A stretch of DNA of 64,000 bases from Salibacteraceae bacterium (GTDB lineage Bacteria > Bacteroidota > Bacteroidia > Flavobacteriales_G > Salibacteraceae): NCBI GenBank assembly GCA_965267285.1, contig OZ253948.1:1037480-1101479 (forward strand). The letters are read 5' to 3'. Under the pieces are notes generated by a model. The model did no database searches and had not been told where the DNA came from. It saw only the letters and a program-made list of their open reading frames with translations. Of this stretch, positions 27,454 through 36,203 are shown one piece after another (position 1 is the first letter of the stretch; each line of letters starts with the position of its first letter). The translations under genes and the position numbers were made by a program.

Positions 27454-28112
27454 TCTGTCTTACTTTTTGTTACAAACAGGTTATCCGAAACCTTTCTTGA
27501 TATTTCTATGTTTTGTTTTTTGAGTTTCACTACCAGGGAACCATCCCAGCTCTCATTATCTTCCACCATGACTTCGTGGCCTATAGTCAGGCCTTTGCCT
27601 TCCAGAAACTTTAGAAAATCGGTCGAACTATCCAGTACTCCTACGATGGTCGCTTTCTCACCTTTTTTAAGATCGGTGAGTGTCATTTTCTCCCTCTTCG
27701 GGAGTTTTCCATTCCGATCGGGAATGGGATCCCCATGAGGATCGTATTGGGGATTGTCCAGAAAGTCGTCCAGTCGATCGATGAGTTCATTGGAGGTAAG
27801 GTGTTCCAGCTCCTCCGCCATTTCATGCACTTCATCCCAGGAGAATTTCAACTTCTCCAGAAGGAATACTTCCCATAACCTGTGCTTACGCAGGATGAGC
27901 AAGGCCTCCTTAAGACCTCTATTGGTAAGCTTGGCACCATTGTATCTTCTGTATTCGATCCACTGGATATCGGCAAGCCTCTTGAGCATATCGGTGGTGG
28001 AGGAGGCCTTGGTGTCCATGCGCTCCGCTATAGCATTGGTGCTGATGAAATCATCCCTGCCTCCGAGGTGGTAAATCGCCTTCAAATAATTCTCTACAGA
28101 CTGTGACGCCAT
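27450..28112 (-). CDS. DtxR/MntR-family metal-dependent transcriptional repressor with C-terminal FeoA/SH3-like domain
   Basis: SVENYLKAIYHL..., the RLA...WIEY winged-HTH pattern, RKHRLWE.FL and DPHGDPIP. Confidence 0.88.
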   Translation of the reverse strand: MASQSVENYLKAIYHLGGRDDFISTNAIAERMDTKASSTTDMLKRLADIQWIEYRRYNGAKLTNRGLKEALLILRKHRLWEVFLLEKLKFSWDEVHEMAEELEHLTSNELIDRLDDFLDNPQYDPHGDPIPDRNGKLPKREKMTLTDLKKGEKATIVGVLDSSTDFLKFLEGKGLTIGHEVMVEDNESWDGSLVVKLKKQNIEISRKVSDNLFVTKSKTE

Positions 28113-28119
28113 AGCGCTG

Positions 28120-28127
28120 CAAAGATA
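28120..28127 (-). promoter_or_regulatory. Candidate -7 box TATCTTTG of the metal-uptake operon
   Basis: Plus strand CAAAGATA, 7 nt upstream of ATG 28112. Confidence 0.35.
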
Positions 28128-28130
28128 ATA

Positions 28131-28146
28131 TTTAGATGAGTCTAAA
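28131..28146. promoter_or_regulatory. Inverted repeat TTTAGA-tgag-TCTAAA, candidate DtxR/MntR operator
   Basis: Perfect 6-bp arms immediately upstream of the -7 box. The TTAG...CTAA ends recall DtxR-family boxes. Confidence 0.4.
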
Positions 28147-28211
28147 AATAATTTTAGCCTTTAGTTAAAAAAATATTTGAGATTTTTCACAAATAGATGT
28201 AAATACAATAG

Positions 28212-28223
28212 ATGTATATACAT
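28212..28223. promoter_or_regulatory. Perfect 12-bp palindrome ATGTATATACAT, candidate MarR operator
   Basis: Read directly. It abuts the -7 box of the marR-family gene. Two ATAGATGTA direct repeats sit at 28193-28201 and 28208-28216. Confidence 0.35.
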
Positions 28224-28230
28224 ATATTTG
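28223..28230 (+). promoter_or_regulatory. Candidate -7 box TATATTTG, 4 nt before the ATG
   Basis: TAnnTTTG then tctc then ATG 28235. The spacing fits a leaderless transcript. Confidence 0.35.
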
Positions 28231-28234
28231 TCTC

Positions 28235-28684
28235 ATGAAACTCGAAGACGAGATCAAACAAGCGAAATTCAAGAGTGAAAAAGAGAAGGCATTGATCAAT
28301 CTCCTCTTCACTTACAACTGGATGACACTAAAGAACGCCCGGGTGATGAAACCCTTTGACTTGAGCATGCAGCAGTTCAATGTACTGCGCATCCTACGGG
28401 GACAAAAGGGAAAGCCTGCTTCAGTAAAATTAATTGCTGAACGGATGCTGGACAAATCCTCCAATGTTTCAAGGCTCATTGATAAGCTGTACGATAAAAA
28501 GCTTGTGGAAAGACAGTATTGCGAGCACGATCGACGTCAAGTAGACATCCTTATAACCAAAAAAGGGCTGGACCACATTGAGGCCGCCTCTAAGGCTGGT
28601 GATGAGGTGACCCAAAAGCTAAACCTATCTGATTCGGACGCAAAACACCTCAACAGGATATTCGATCAGATGCGAGAAGAATAA
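28235..28684 (+). CDS. MarR-family transcriptional regulator
   Basis: LSMQQFNVLRILRG...ASVKLIAERMLDKSSNVSRLIDKL..K.LVER......DRRQVDI.IT.KG winged-HTH pattern. Confidence 0.88.
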   Translation: MKLEDEIKQAKFKSEKEKALINLLFTYNWMTLKNARVMKPFDLSMQQFNVLRILRGQKGKPASVKLIAERMLDKSSNVSRLIDKLYDKKLVERQYCEHDRRQVDILITKKGLDHIEAASKAGDEVTQKLNLSDSDAKHLNRIFDQMREE

Positions 28685-28721
28685 TCAATAATTAACAATC
28701 AATCATCAAAATCAATCAACC

Positions 28722-29303
28722 ATGAAAACAATTAGTCTAGCAATTGCAGCCATTTTGATCTCAGCAACCGGAATGGCACAATCGTTCAATGTAGATGCTA
28801 CTGCCAGCAAGGTGAAATGGGAAGCGGGTAAGGTCACCGGCGACCATTGGGGTCAAGTGAGCATCAAGCAGGGAAATCTTCAATTCGAAGGTGGAAAACT
28901 GGTATCCGGCAATTTCACTATGGATATGAATACTATTACTGTAGATGACCTGCAGGGCGAGTGGGGTGACAAACTAAAAGGGCACCTCGAATCTCCCGAT
29001 TTTTTCAGTGTTGCAAAGAACCCTACTGCAAATATGAAGATCACCAAAGCCAAGGCATTGGGCAACGATCAATATGAAGTGAAGGCGGACTTGACCATCA
29101 AAGGCATTACCAAGCCCGTGGTGTTTAAAGCCAATGTTTCAAACAACGGCAAGGTGCTTAATGCTTCTTCCGATATCACCATCGATCGCACAGACTATGA
29201 CATCCGCTATGGATCCGGAAGTTTCTTTGACGGACTTGGAGACAAAATGATCTACGACGAGTTCAAACTCAAGGTAAGACTCAACGGAAAGGTCAAAGCC
29301 TAA
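28722..29303 (+). CDS. YceI-family periplasmic (polyisoprenoid-binding-like) protein
   Basis: Signal peptide, S.V.W...K..G.H.G, F.MDMN.I, HL.S.DFF and L.I.GITKPV pattern. Confidence 0.85.
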   Translation: MKTISLAIAAILISATGMAQSFNVDATASKVKWEAGKVTGDHWGQVSIKQGNLQFEGGKLVSGNFTMDMNTITVDDLQGEWGDKLKGHLESPDFFSVAKNPTANMKITKAKALGNDQYEVKADLTIKGITKPVVFKANVSNNGKVLNASSDITIDRTDYDIRYGSGSFFDGLGDKMIYDEFKLKVRLNGKVKA

Positions 29304-29365
29304 AACAATTTCCGGGTTGAACCGTTAAAATACTCAGAGGTTATTCAACCAACCATACCTGTTAG

Positions 29366-29407
29366 AAAGCCCCTCCTGTACTGCGCACAGGGGGGCTTTT
29401 CTTTTTT
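29366..29407 (+). terminator. Rho-independent terminator
   Basis: AAAGCCCCTCCTGT-loop-ACAGGGGGGCTTT (one bulge) followed by TTCTTTTTT. Confidence 0.7.
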
Positions 29408-29413
29408 GGGCTA

Positions 29414-29818
29414 ATGTTTAAATTAGCCGAAATGCACTGGCGTCTGATCATTTACCTTTCAACAATTGGCATAGCCATGGGAATGATGGCTGTCCTTGGG
29501 TGGACAAGCGACATCGAACCACTTTTGTGGCTGGCCGCCATGGTATTCTCCGTAGTCTTGCTCAAGAAAAAAGTGGAAACACACAGCCTTGCCAATGGTA
29601 TTGCCTTGGGGTTGGCCTGGGGGGTGAGCACTGGCCTGGTCCTGTTTCTTTTTTTCGGTTCCTACCTGGACAACAATCCGGAATTCGTTAGCAGCTATAC
29701 CGAGCTGTCCAAATACATCAACCCAAGGATCTTTGTCCTGATTTCCAGCTTAACCGCGGGATTGGTGAGCGGTTTGCTAATGGGCGTAGCACTTTTGATC
29801 TGGAAAAGGGTAGGTTAG
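29414..29818 (+). CDS. Membrane protein (4 TM), unknown function
   Basis: Hydrophobic 134-aa ORF. Confidence 0.5.
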   Translation: MFKLAEMHWRLIIYLSTIGIAMGMMAVLGWTSDIEPLLWLAAMVFSVVLLKKKVETHSLANGIALGLAWGVSTGLVLFLFFGSYLDNNPEFVSSYTELSKYINPRIFVLISSLTAGLVSGLLMGVALLIWKRVG

Positions 29819-31044
29819 AAGGTCACGTCGAAGGTGAGTTCTTCTTGTCCTCGTTTTACTACTACTTTCACAGTTTGACCGGATTCAAACTTGCTGAGGG
29901 CTTTCATATAGCCCATCATGTTTTCTACTTCCAAGCCTCCCATCCTGATGACGATGTCCCCATCAACAATTCCAGCTTTGGATGCCGGCCTGTCGTCTTT
30001 CACTCCATCGATACGCATTCCTTTGTCGTCATACAAGTAGTCCGGAATGACACCTAGCGTGACCTTAAACCTGGGAGTTTCCTTTGATTCATCTTTGGTC
30101 TTGACAAACTCTAATTTACCATCGTCGTCCAAGGCCTTGATAAGATCGAGAATAAGAACATGGATGTCACGCAAGCCCTCGTAGTTGAGCAATTCGACAT
30201 CATCAGAAGGTTTGTGATAGTGCTTGTGCTGGCCTGTGAAAAACTGAAGGACGGGAATATTCTTTAAGTAGAAGCTCGTATGATCTGAAGGCCCGACGCC
30301 GCTCTTAGAAAATACGAGATCAAATTTGTCTTTGTTCAGGTCGTTCAACGTTGATTCCCAAATGGGTGATGTGCCTGAACCATTGATTGCAAGCTTTCTT
30401 TCCTCATTGAGCATTCCAACCATGTCCATATTGATCATATAATTGATGCTTTCCAGGGGAATTGTGGGATTCTTGGTAAAGTAGTTTGAACCCCACAGTC
30501 CTTTTTCCTCACCGGAAAAAGCGATGAACAGGTAGTTGTTGTTTTTAGGCCCTTCCTTGAGCGCGTTCGCCAATTCCATCAATACAGAAGTCCCACTTGC
30601 GTTATCGTCTGCGCCGTTGTGAATGGCTTTCTCTTTGGGGCTCAATGATCCGCTCCCACCATATCCTAGGTGATCATAATGAGCTCCAATAACAATTGTT
30701 TGTCCAGCACCATGATCAATAAATCCTATGACGTTCCTTCCGGTAATGACCACCATCTCACTGCTATCCACGTTGACTTCGTGGGGATTGGCTCCGACAG
30801 GCAGGGATCGCCTTGAGAAGAACTGGTAGAATCCGCTATCGCCTTTGGGTCTTATCCCGTACTGCTCAAACTGTGAAACGATGTATTCCGCAGCTTTTGC
30901 TTCGCCGGCGGTTCCCGTTTCGCGACCCTCCATATCGTCATGCGCCAAAACAGCAACATGTTTTTTCAGGGCCTTGATTTGAGATTGTCCGAAACCAGTA
31001 ATTGCGAGTAAAACGGAGGCGAGAATAAGGGCGGTTTTCTGCAT
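29815..31044 (-). CDS. M28-family aminopeptidase with C-terminal PDZ domain
   Basis: Signal peptide, GAHYDHLG and GADDNASGTSVLMELA. The C-terminal ...GIVDGDIVIRMGG..V.N... is PDZ-like. Confidence 0.85.
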   Translation of the reverse strand: MQKTALILASVLLAITGFGQSQIKALKKHVAVLAHDDMEGRETGTAGEAKAAEYIVSQFEQYGIRPKGDSGFYQFFSRRSLPVGANPHEVNVDSSEMVVITGRNVIGFIDHGAGQTIVIGAHYDHLGYGGSGSLSPKEKAIHNGADDNASGTSVLMELANALKEGPKNNNYLFIAFSGEEKGLWGSNYFTKNPTIPLESINYMINMDMVGMLNEERKLAINGSGTSPIWESTLNDLNKDKFDLVFSKSGVGPSDHTSFYLKNIPVLQFFTGQHKHYHKPSDDVELLNYEGLRDIHVLILDLIKALDDDGKLEFVKTKDESKETPRFKVTLGVIPDYLYDDKGMRIDGVKDDRPASKAGIVDGDIVIRMGGLEVENMMGYMKALSKFESGQTVKVVVKRGQEELTFDVTF

Positions 31045-31058
31045 GACGAAAATTTGCG

Positions 31059-31066
31059 CAAATCTA
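31059..31066 (-). promoter_or_regulatory. Candidate -7 box TAGATTTG (inside palindrome ATTTGCGCAAAT, 31052-31063)
   Basis: Plus strand CAAATCTA, 14 nt upstream of ATG 31044. Confidence 0.3.
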
Positions 31067-31122
31067 ATCTTTACATCACTCAGGAAGCCATTATTCGTAC
31101 TTTCGCGGCCTAAATTATTTTG

Positions 31123-32220
31123 ATGAGGAGGCTGCTTTTATACCTTCTGCCGATAGCCTTGGTTGGGTGCGGCGGAGAGCAAACGAAAGAAGACGGATAT
31201 TCCGGAGAAACCGAGAAGAAGGATGTGTTGATTTATCCGGGCGAAACTCACTTCAAATCCCTTAGGATGCTTACCAGTGGAGGTGACAATGCCGAGGCAT
31301 ATTGGAGCTTTGATGACCGGGAACTGGTATTTCAGGTCACCAATGCTAAATGGGGAGACGGGTGCGACCAGATATATCGTTTTAATTGGAAGGCGGATAC
31401 CATCCTCGAAAAAAGGCCACAACTAATCAGTACGGGATTTGGCCGTACTACTTGTTCTTATTTTCTCCCTGGTGACACTACGATTGTATACGCTTCTACA
31501 CACGAGGCGGATTCTGCATGCCCTCCAACGCCGGAGAGAAATGGCGGGAAATATGTATGGCCAATCTATGAGAGCTTTGACATTTATACAGCCGACCTTG
31601 AAGGAAACCTTCTCACAAAAATGACTGATACTCCCGGATACGATGCAGAAGCAACCGTTTCTCCGAAGGGAGACAAAATTGTCTTCACTTCCATGAGGAC
31701 CGGGGATTTGGAACTGTTTACGATGAATATTGATGGCACTGAGGTAACCCAGGTAACCGATGCTTTGGGTTATGATGGTGGAGCATTTTTTTCACCGGAT
31801 GGTACTAAGTTGATCTTCAGGGCTTCCAGACCTCAAACAGAAGAAGACATTAAGGAATACAAGGATCTTTTAAGTCAAGGACTGGTTCAGCCAACCGAGA
31901 TGGAATTGTTTGTCTGCAATGTCGATGGAAGCGAATTGAGGCAGGTCACCAAACTCGGTAAAGCCAACTGGTGTCCTTTCTTTCACCCGTCAGGCGAGAA
32001 AGTGATCTTCAGCAGCAACCACGAAACAGAGCGGGGGTTTCCATTTAACCTCTATATGATCAACCTGGATGGTACAGGACTCGAGAAGGTGACCCAGGAT
32101 GGGACCTTTGATGCCTTTCCGGTGTTCAGCAACGGCGGCCAATATTTGGTGTTTAGTTCAAATCGCAACAACGGAGGCACAAGGGAAACCAACCTCTTCG
32201 TTGCAGAGTGGAAGGACTGA
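31123..32220 (+). CDS. TolB-like WD40/PD40 beta-propeller lipoprotein
   Basis: ATG 31123 gives MRRLLLYLLPIALVGCGG. Repeated ...SP.G.K..F.S.R.G..... PD40 units. Confidence 0.8.
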   Translation: MRRLLLYLLPIALVGCGGEQTKEDGYSGETEKKDVLIYPGETHFKSLRMLTSGGDNAEAYWSFDDRELVFQVTNAKWGDGCDQIYRFNWKADTILEKRPQLISTGFGRTTCSYFLPGDTTIVYASTHEADSACPPTPERNGGKYVWPIYESFDIYTADLEGNLLTKMTDTPGYDAEATVSPKGDKIVFTSMRTGDLELFTMNIDGTEVTQVTDALGYDGGAFFSPDGTKLIFRASRPQTEEDIKEYKDLLSQGLVQPTEMELFVCNVDGSELRQVTKLGKANWCPFFHPSGEKVIFSSNHETERGFPFNLYMINLDGTGLEKVTQDGTFDAFPVFSNGGQYLVFSSNRNNGGTRETNLFVAEWKD

Positions 32221-32522
32221 TGTTTGAAGGACTAAAAAAGAGATGGGGACTGAAATCAGCTACGCAGGTTGTGCTGGTTCTCATTGTATTCTCATTCACC
32301 GGATTTACGGTCCTATTCATTAAGAAGCCAATATTCGATTTCCTTGGTATTTCCCATCAAACCGGTTGGCTTTACACCGTCTTGTATCTGCTTGCTATTC
32401 TACCGATGTACCAGGTATTATTGCTCGGATACGGCTTTATATTCGGTCAGTTCAAATTCTTCTGGGAATATGAAAAGAAATTCTTCAGGAGGATTTTTGG
32501 GAGAAAGAAATCAGGGAGCTAA
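32220..32522 (+). CDS. Small membrane protein (2-3 TM)
   Basis: ATG 32220 overlaps the upstream TGA (TGATG). The listed start 32208 is GTG. Confidence 0.5.
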   Translation: MFEGLKKRWGLKSATQVVLVLIVFSFTGFTVLFIKKPIFDFLGISHQTGWLYTVLYLLAILPMYQVLLLGYGFIFGQFKFFWEYEKKFFRRIFGRKKSGS

Positions 32523-32906
32523 TCTCTTCTTAACCAATTCATAGCCCAAAAGGGCAGAGGGGATATACACGAGAACGTCGGCAATCCAGAACCATACAGG
32601 GTGCCCATCCAGCATGATCAGGTTGATGACTCCCCCCAGCATGACAATACTTCCCACAAATATCGCCAGAATAGAAGACCTTTTTTGACCGATCATGGTG
32701 GCCACGATCGAGCCGCAGAAAGTACCAACGGCATGAGCCAATACCAGAATTGCAAATGCCATGTTTGGCATGTTTGAGATCATTTCCTCATAAGTGTCGA
32801 TGTCGTCCGGACGTGGATAGAGAAGATCGTTGATATTCTCAAAAAGGGCAACTCCAATCAGACAGACGAACAACCCGGCGATGACCGCACCTACATTTCT
32901 CCACAT
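32511..32906 (-). CDS. Membrane protein (4 TM), unknown function
   Basis: Hydrophobic 131-aa ORF. Its 3' end overlaps the convergent gene by 12 nt. Confidence 0.5.
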   Translation of the reverse strand: MWRNVGAVIAGLFVCLIGVALFENINDLLYPRPDDIDTYEEMISNMPNMAFAILVLAHAVGTFCGSIVATMIGQKRSSILAIFVGSIVMLGGVINLIMLDGHPVWFWIADVLVYIPSALLGYELVKKRLAP

Positions 32907-32921
32907 AATGCTCCTTCAAAT

Positions 32922-34601
32922 TTAATCATCGCCATTCATAGTACCCAAAGCTGTATTCTCACCCCTGGTAATATCTGCAGCACCTACTACCAGGCTATCC
33001 TCCAGGATTGCTACTGCATCTACCAACCCCAATACCGAAGCTATATCGAGCTTATGTCCCTTTGCTGTGAGGACCTCAATTATGTCTTGGGTGACCAGGC
33101 GCTCTTCCAAAAAGATCTTGTTCGGAAGGCACTGGTGGTGAAACCTCGCCGCGTCAATCGCTTGCTGCGGGCCCATCTCAAAGTAGATCCTGTTCATCAT
33201 ACACTGAAAAACAGCAGTTATGATCTTAGCGCCACCAGGAGACCCCAGGGCGAATACTGGCCGGTTGTCTTTCAAAACAATCGTTGGGGTCATGGAGCTC
33301 AACATTCTCTTTTTGGGTTCGATTATGTTGGCTTCGCTTCCGATCAGCCCATACTGATTAGCATAACCAATCTTGGAGGTGAAGTCGTCCATTTCGTTGT
33401 TCAGGAAAAAACCCGCATCCGGAACGAAGACCTTGGACCCAAAGTTGCCGTTGAGTGTTGTGGTGATGGCCACCACGTTACCATATTCATCCGCAACTGT
33501 ATAGTGTGTTGTCTCAGTGCTTTCGGGATTTTCTACGATAGATTTAGAAACAAGAAGGGAAGGGGAGGCGGAGTCTGATTGAATATCCGACATGCGGTCC
33601 TGCAGGTATGATTTGGAAATTAGTTTTTGGGTCGGAACCTTCACGAAATCGGCATCTCCCGGGTAATAGGCACGGTCGGCATATATCCTTCGTTCAATCT
33701 CAACCAATCGATGAATGTATTCCGGGCTGTTGTGCTCAAGGGTGTCCAAACCGAGCATCAATGCCGATTTCCACAATTGAATCAAGGCAAGTCCTCCGCT
33801 AGACGGCATATCCATGGAGACGATGCGAACGTTGTCAATTTCATCCCTTATGGTTTCTCGCCAAACGGGTTTGTAGCGTTTTAAGTCTGACAATGACAGT
33901 ATTCCATCTGTATCCCAAACCCGGTTAACCATGGCTTTTGCTGCTGCTCCCCTGTAGAACGCATCCTTGCCATGGGCTCCAATGGCCCTGAGGGTGGCGG
34001 CCAGTTTTCTTTGAACAAACAGTTCTCCTTTATGCCACCTTTTTGACGCAATGAAGATCGTATCCGGATTATTGTCGAGAAATGCCTGCCTAAACTTGTT
34101 GAGCATCATGGCATTCTTCCTGGTAAGCAGATAGCCATTCTCTGCCAGTTCCACTGCAGGAGCGAGTATGTCCTGCCATGGCAATGTTCCGTACTTTTTG
34201 TGTAGCATTTCGATACCGGCCACACTACCAGGTACGCCTACGGACAAGCCTCCAAGCACACTAGCCCTTGTTGGATTTCCCAAGCTGTCGAGAAACATAT
34301 CTCGGTGGGCATCCGATGGGGCTGTCTCCCGGAAATCCAGGCTCCCATAGGCACCATTTTCCAGGTAGAACACTGCAAACCCGCCTCCTCCAATATTCCC
34401 GGCCTGAGGGTATACCACCGCAAGCGCGAAATGCACAGCCGCAGCAGCGTCGAAGGCGTTTCCACCTCTTAACAGGATTTGCTGTCCAACTTCCGAAGCG
34501 ATGGGATGTGCGCTAGACACCATGCCCTGATTCCAGATCTTCCTTGATTCATGCTCGGAACAAGCGATGAGAACAAGCAACACTAAGGAGATACAACGCA
34601 T
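32922..34601 (-). CDS. ggt: Gamma-glutamyltransferase
   Basis: GGNAFDAAAAV, GIGGGGF, the autoprocessing site ...ESTETTHYTV..., and GSPGG near the C-terminus. Confidence 0.92.
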   Translation of the reverse strand: MRCISLVLLVLIACSEHESRKIWNQGMVSSAHPIASEVGQQILLRGGNAFDAAAAVHFALAVVYPQAGNIGGGGFAVFYLENGAYGSLDFRETAPSDAHRDMFLDSLGNPTRASVLGGLSVGVPGSVAGIEMLHKKYGTLPWQDILAPAVELAENGYLLTRKNAMMLNKFRQAFLDNNPDTIFIASKRWHKGELFVQRKLAATLRAIGAHGKDAFYRGAAAKAMVNRVWDTDGILSLSDLKRYKPVWRETIRDEIDNVRIVSMDMPSSGGLALIQLWKSALMLGLDTLEHNSPEYIHRLVEIERRIYADRAYYPGDADFVKVPTQKLISKSYLQDRMSDIQSDSASPSLLVSKSIVENPESTETTHYTVADEYGNVVAITTTLNGNFGSKVFVPDAGFFLNNEMDDFTSKIGYANQYGLIGSEANIIEPKKRMLSSMTPTIVLKDNRPVFALGSPGGAKIITAVFQCMMNRIYFEMGPQQAIDAARFHHQCLPNKIFLEERLVTQDIIEVLTAKGHKLDIASVLGLVDAVAILEDSLVVGAADITRGENTALGTMNGDD

Positions 34602-34624
34602 CTGCGATGATACAAATTAGCCTT

Positions 34625-35059
34625 CTACTTCGAGGTGATTTCGGTCATATCCTGCAAGAGCTGCCATTGCCCTGAGGTGGTAAAAACGAATGAGAGTTCC
34701 GATTCGTAGATCATACTTTCAGTGGATGCCCGTAGGGTAGCAAATGCCTTTTGGCCTTCTACGCGCACATTGGATAATCTATAGTTCTGAGGTATTTCGG
34801 AGATGAGCTCGGGCCCCATTTTGGCGAGCAGGCTGTCCCTGACTACCACATTCAATTCCGGGGCTCCCATTATTCTTACCACAACACGGAAATCACGGTG
34901 TAAGACAGGCTCCATCAGTTTACGGTCCTGCTTCATACAGGCCTTCATGTAATTGTCTCCAAGGGCCGTGACAACCTCGCCCGGATCTTGTGTAGTTTCC
35001 CTCACAGGTTGGCTGCAGGCCAGCAATAAAAAAAGTGCCATGAATACCAAAGTACGCAT
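34625..35059 (-). CDS. Small lipoprotein, NTF2/SnoaL-like fold suspected
   Basis: MRTLVFMALFLLLACSQ lipobox. 144 aa. The fold call is a guess. Confidence 0.5.
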   Translation of the reverse strand: MRTLVFMALFLLLACSQPVRETTQDPGEVVTALGDNYMKACMKQDRKLMEPVLHRDFRVVVRIMGAPELNVVVRDSLLAKMGPELISEIPQNYRLSNVRVEGQKAFATLRASTESMIYESELSFVFTTSGQWQLLQDMTEITSK

Positions 35060-35063
35060 GACA

Positions 35064-35071
35064 CAAAGTTA
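35064..35071 (-). promoter_or_regulatory. Candidate -7 box TAACTTTG, 4 nt before the ATG
   Basis: Plus strand CAAAGTTA, then gaca, then CAT(35057-35059). Confidence 0.3.
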
Positions 35072-35082
35072 AGGTAGTGCGC

Positions 35083-36105
35083 TTACTTCAATTTCTTGTC
35101 GAAGTATTCCCCCATACGCCTGGTCATTGCCCTTGCTATGATATCAAATCCTTCAAACGACACTTCATCACTGTTCTCAATCTTCTTGCTCTTCTTCATG
35201 ATCGGTTCTCCGATCGTGATTCTTGTCCCACAATACCATTGCCCTTCGTAGTAATTGAACTTCTTCTTTTTGCCTTCTTCGAGTTTTACAGGGTTAGGAC
35301 CGAACATCGACATGTTTAGATTTTGAAGCAGGATGCGGTCGTTCTTAGGGACATAAACCGTAGCATAAATAACTACAACTGCATCCAGGCCAAGCTTCTT
35401 GGCAAATTGGCCCAGAGAGTTGGACATCTTTCCATCCTTGCTCATAACGTGAAGCTGAGCATCGGCAATTTGAGGTTTGTAGACGCTCACAAGACCACTT
35501 CTGGAATAGTTTCCAAAAGGCTCCGCATCTACATCACATACTATGTATCCTTCAGGATATCCATAGATCGCATCGTGATTTCCACCTCCGATCTTACCAA
35601 GCCAGTCCGAGAGTTTGTTGTGCTCAACCTTAAAATCGCTGTAAGTCTTTTTCTTCTCATCGGAATCTAGGAATTCCTCTGGATAGAGAAGGTCTATTCC
35701 GAGTTTCTTATACTCCTCTTTTAACGCATCGTAAGTAGAAGCATAAAGGCCGACAGCAATATTTCCGCAGGCTGCTCCGGTGCTCTTCTTTTTGACCTTG
35801 ATCGTGGTAGTCTTGGTGGTATAGTAGTAGCCTGTATTGGTTCTTGTGGTTTTGATCGTACGGGTAAACCCCGGATCAAAGGCGTAGATGGAAACCAGGC
35901 CTACTTTCTTAGGGACTTTGCCCATCACCGTCATATTTGCACTGTATCCGGTTCCGTTCTTATACTTCCGTCCTTCCAAAGGAAAGTCCAGCTTCACTTT
36001 TCCCTGAACCTTGTCTACGCTTTTTGCAAAGTCCGGGATAGCGGATTGTGTTAATCCAATTTGGACAAAGTAGAGAATACTTAAAAGGGTAGCTATTGGT
36101 CTCAT
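35083..36105 (-). CDS. Exported hypothetical protein
   Basis: Start moved to MRPIATLLSILYFVQIGLTQ (ATG 36105). No recognised family. Confidence 0.55.
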   Translation of the reverse strand: MRPIATLLSILYFVQIGLTQSAIPDFAKSVDKVQGKVKLDFPLEGRKYKNGTGYSANMTVMGKVPKKVGLVSIYAFDPGFTRTIKTTRTNTGYYYTTKTTTIKVKKKSTGAACGNIAVGLYASTYDALKEEYKKLGIDLLYPEEFLDSDEKKKTYSDFKVEHNKLSDWLGKIGGGNHDAIYGYPEGYIVCDVDAEPFGNYSRSGLVSVYKPQIADAQLHVMSKDGKMSNSLGQFAKKLGLDAVVVIYATVYVPKNDRILLQNLNMSMFGPNPVKLEEGKKKKFNYYEGQWYCGTRITIGEPIMKKSKKIENSDEVSFEGFDIIARAMTRRMGEYFDKKLK

Positions 36106-36203
36106 CACATTGATTTTTAGGGAAGTAAAGGTGAAACTTCGCATTGGCAATGTCAATGAGTTTGATCGCGTGTTTTGACTACAGTCAATACCGTAGAAAA
36201 CCT

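Noticed and set aside
31052-31063. Palindrome ATTTGCGCAAAT as a dedicated regulator site.
   Set aside because: It can be explained as two promoter elements (TTTG and CAAA) from the divergent genes placed back to back. There is no independent support.
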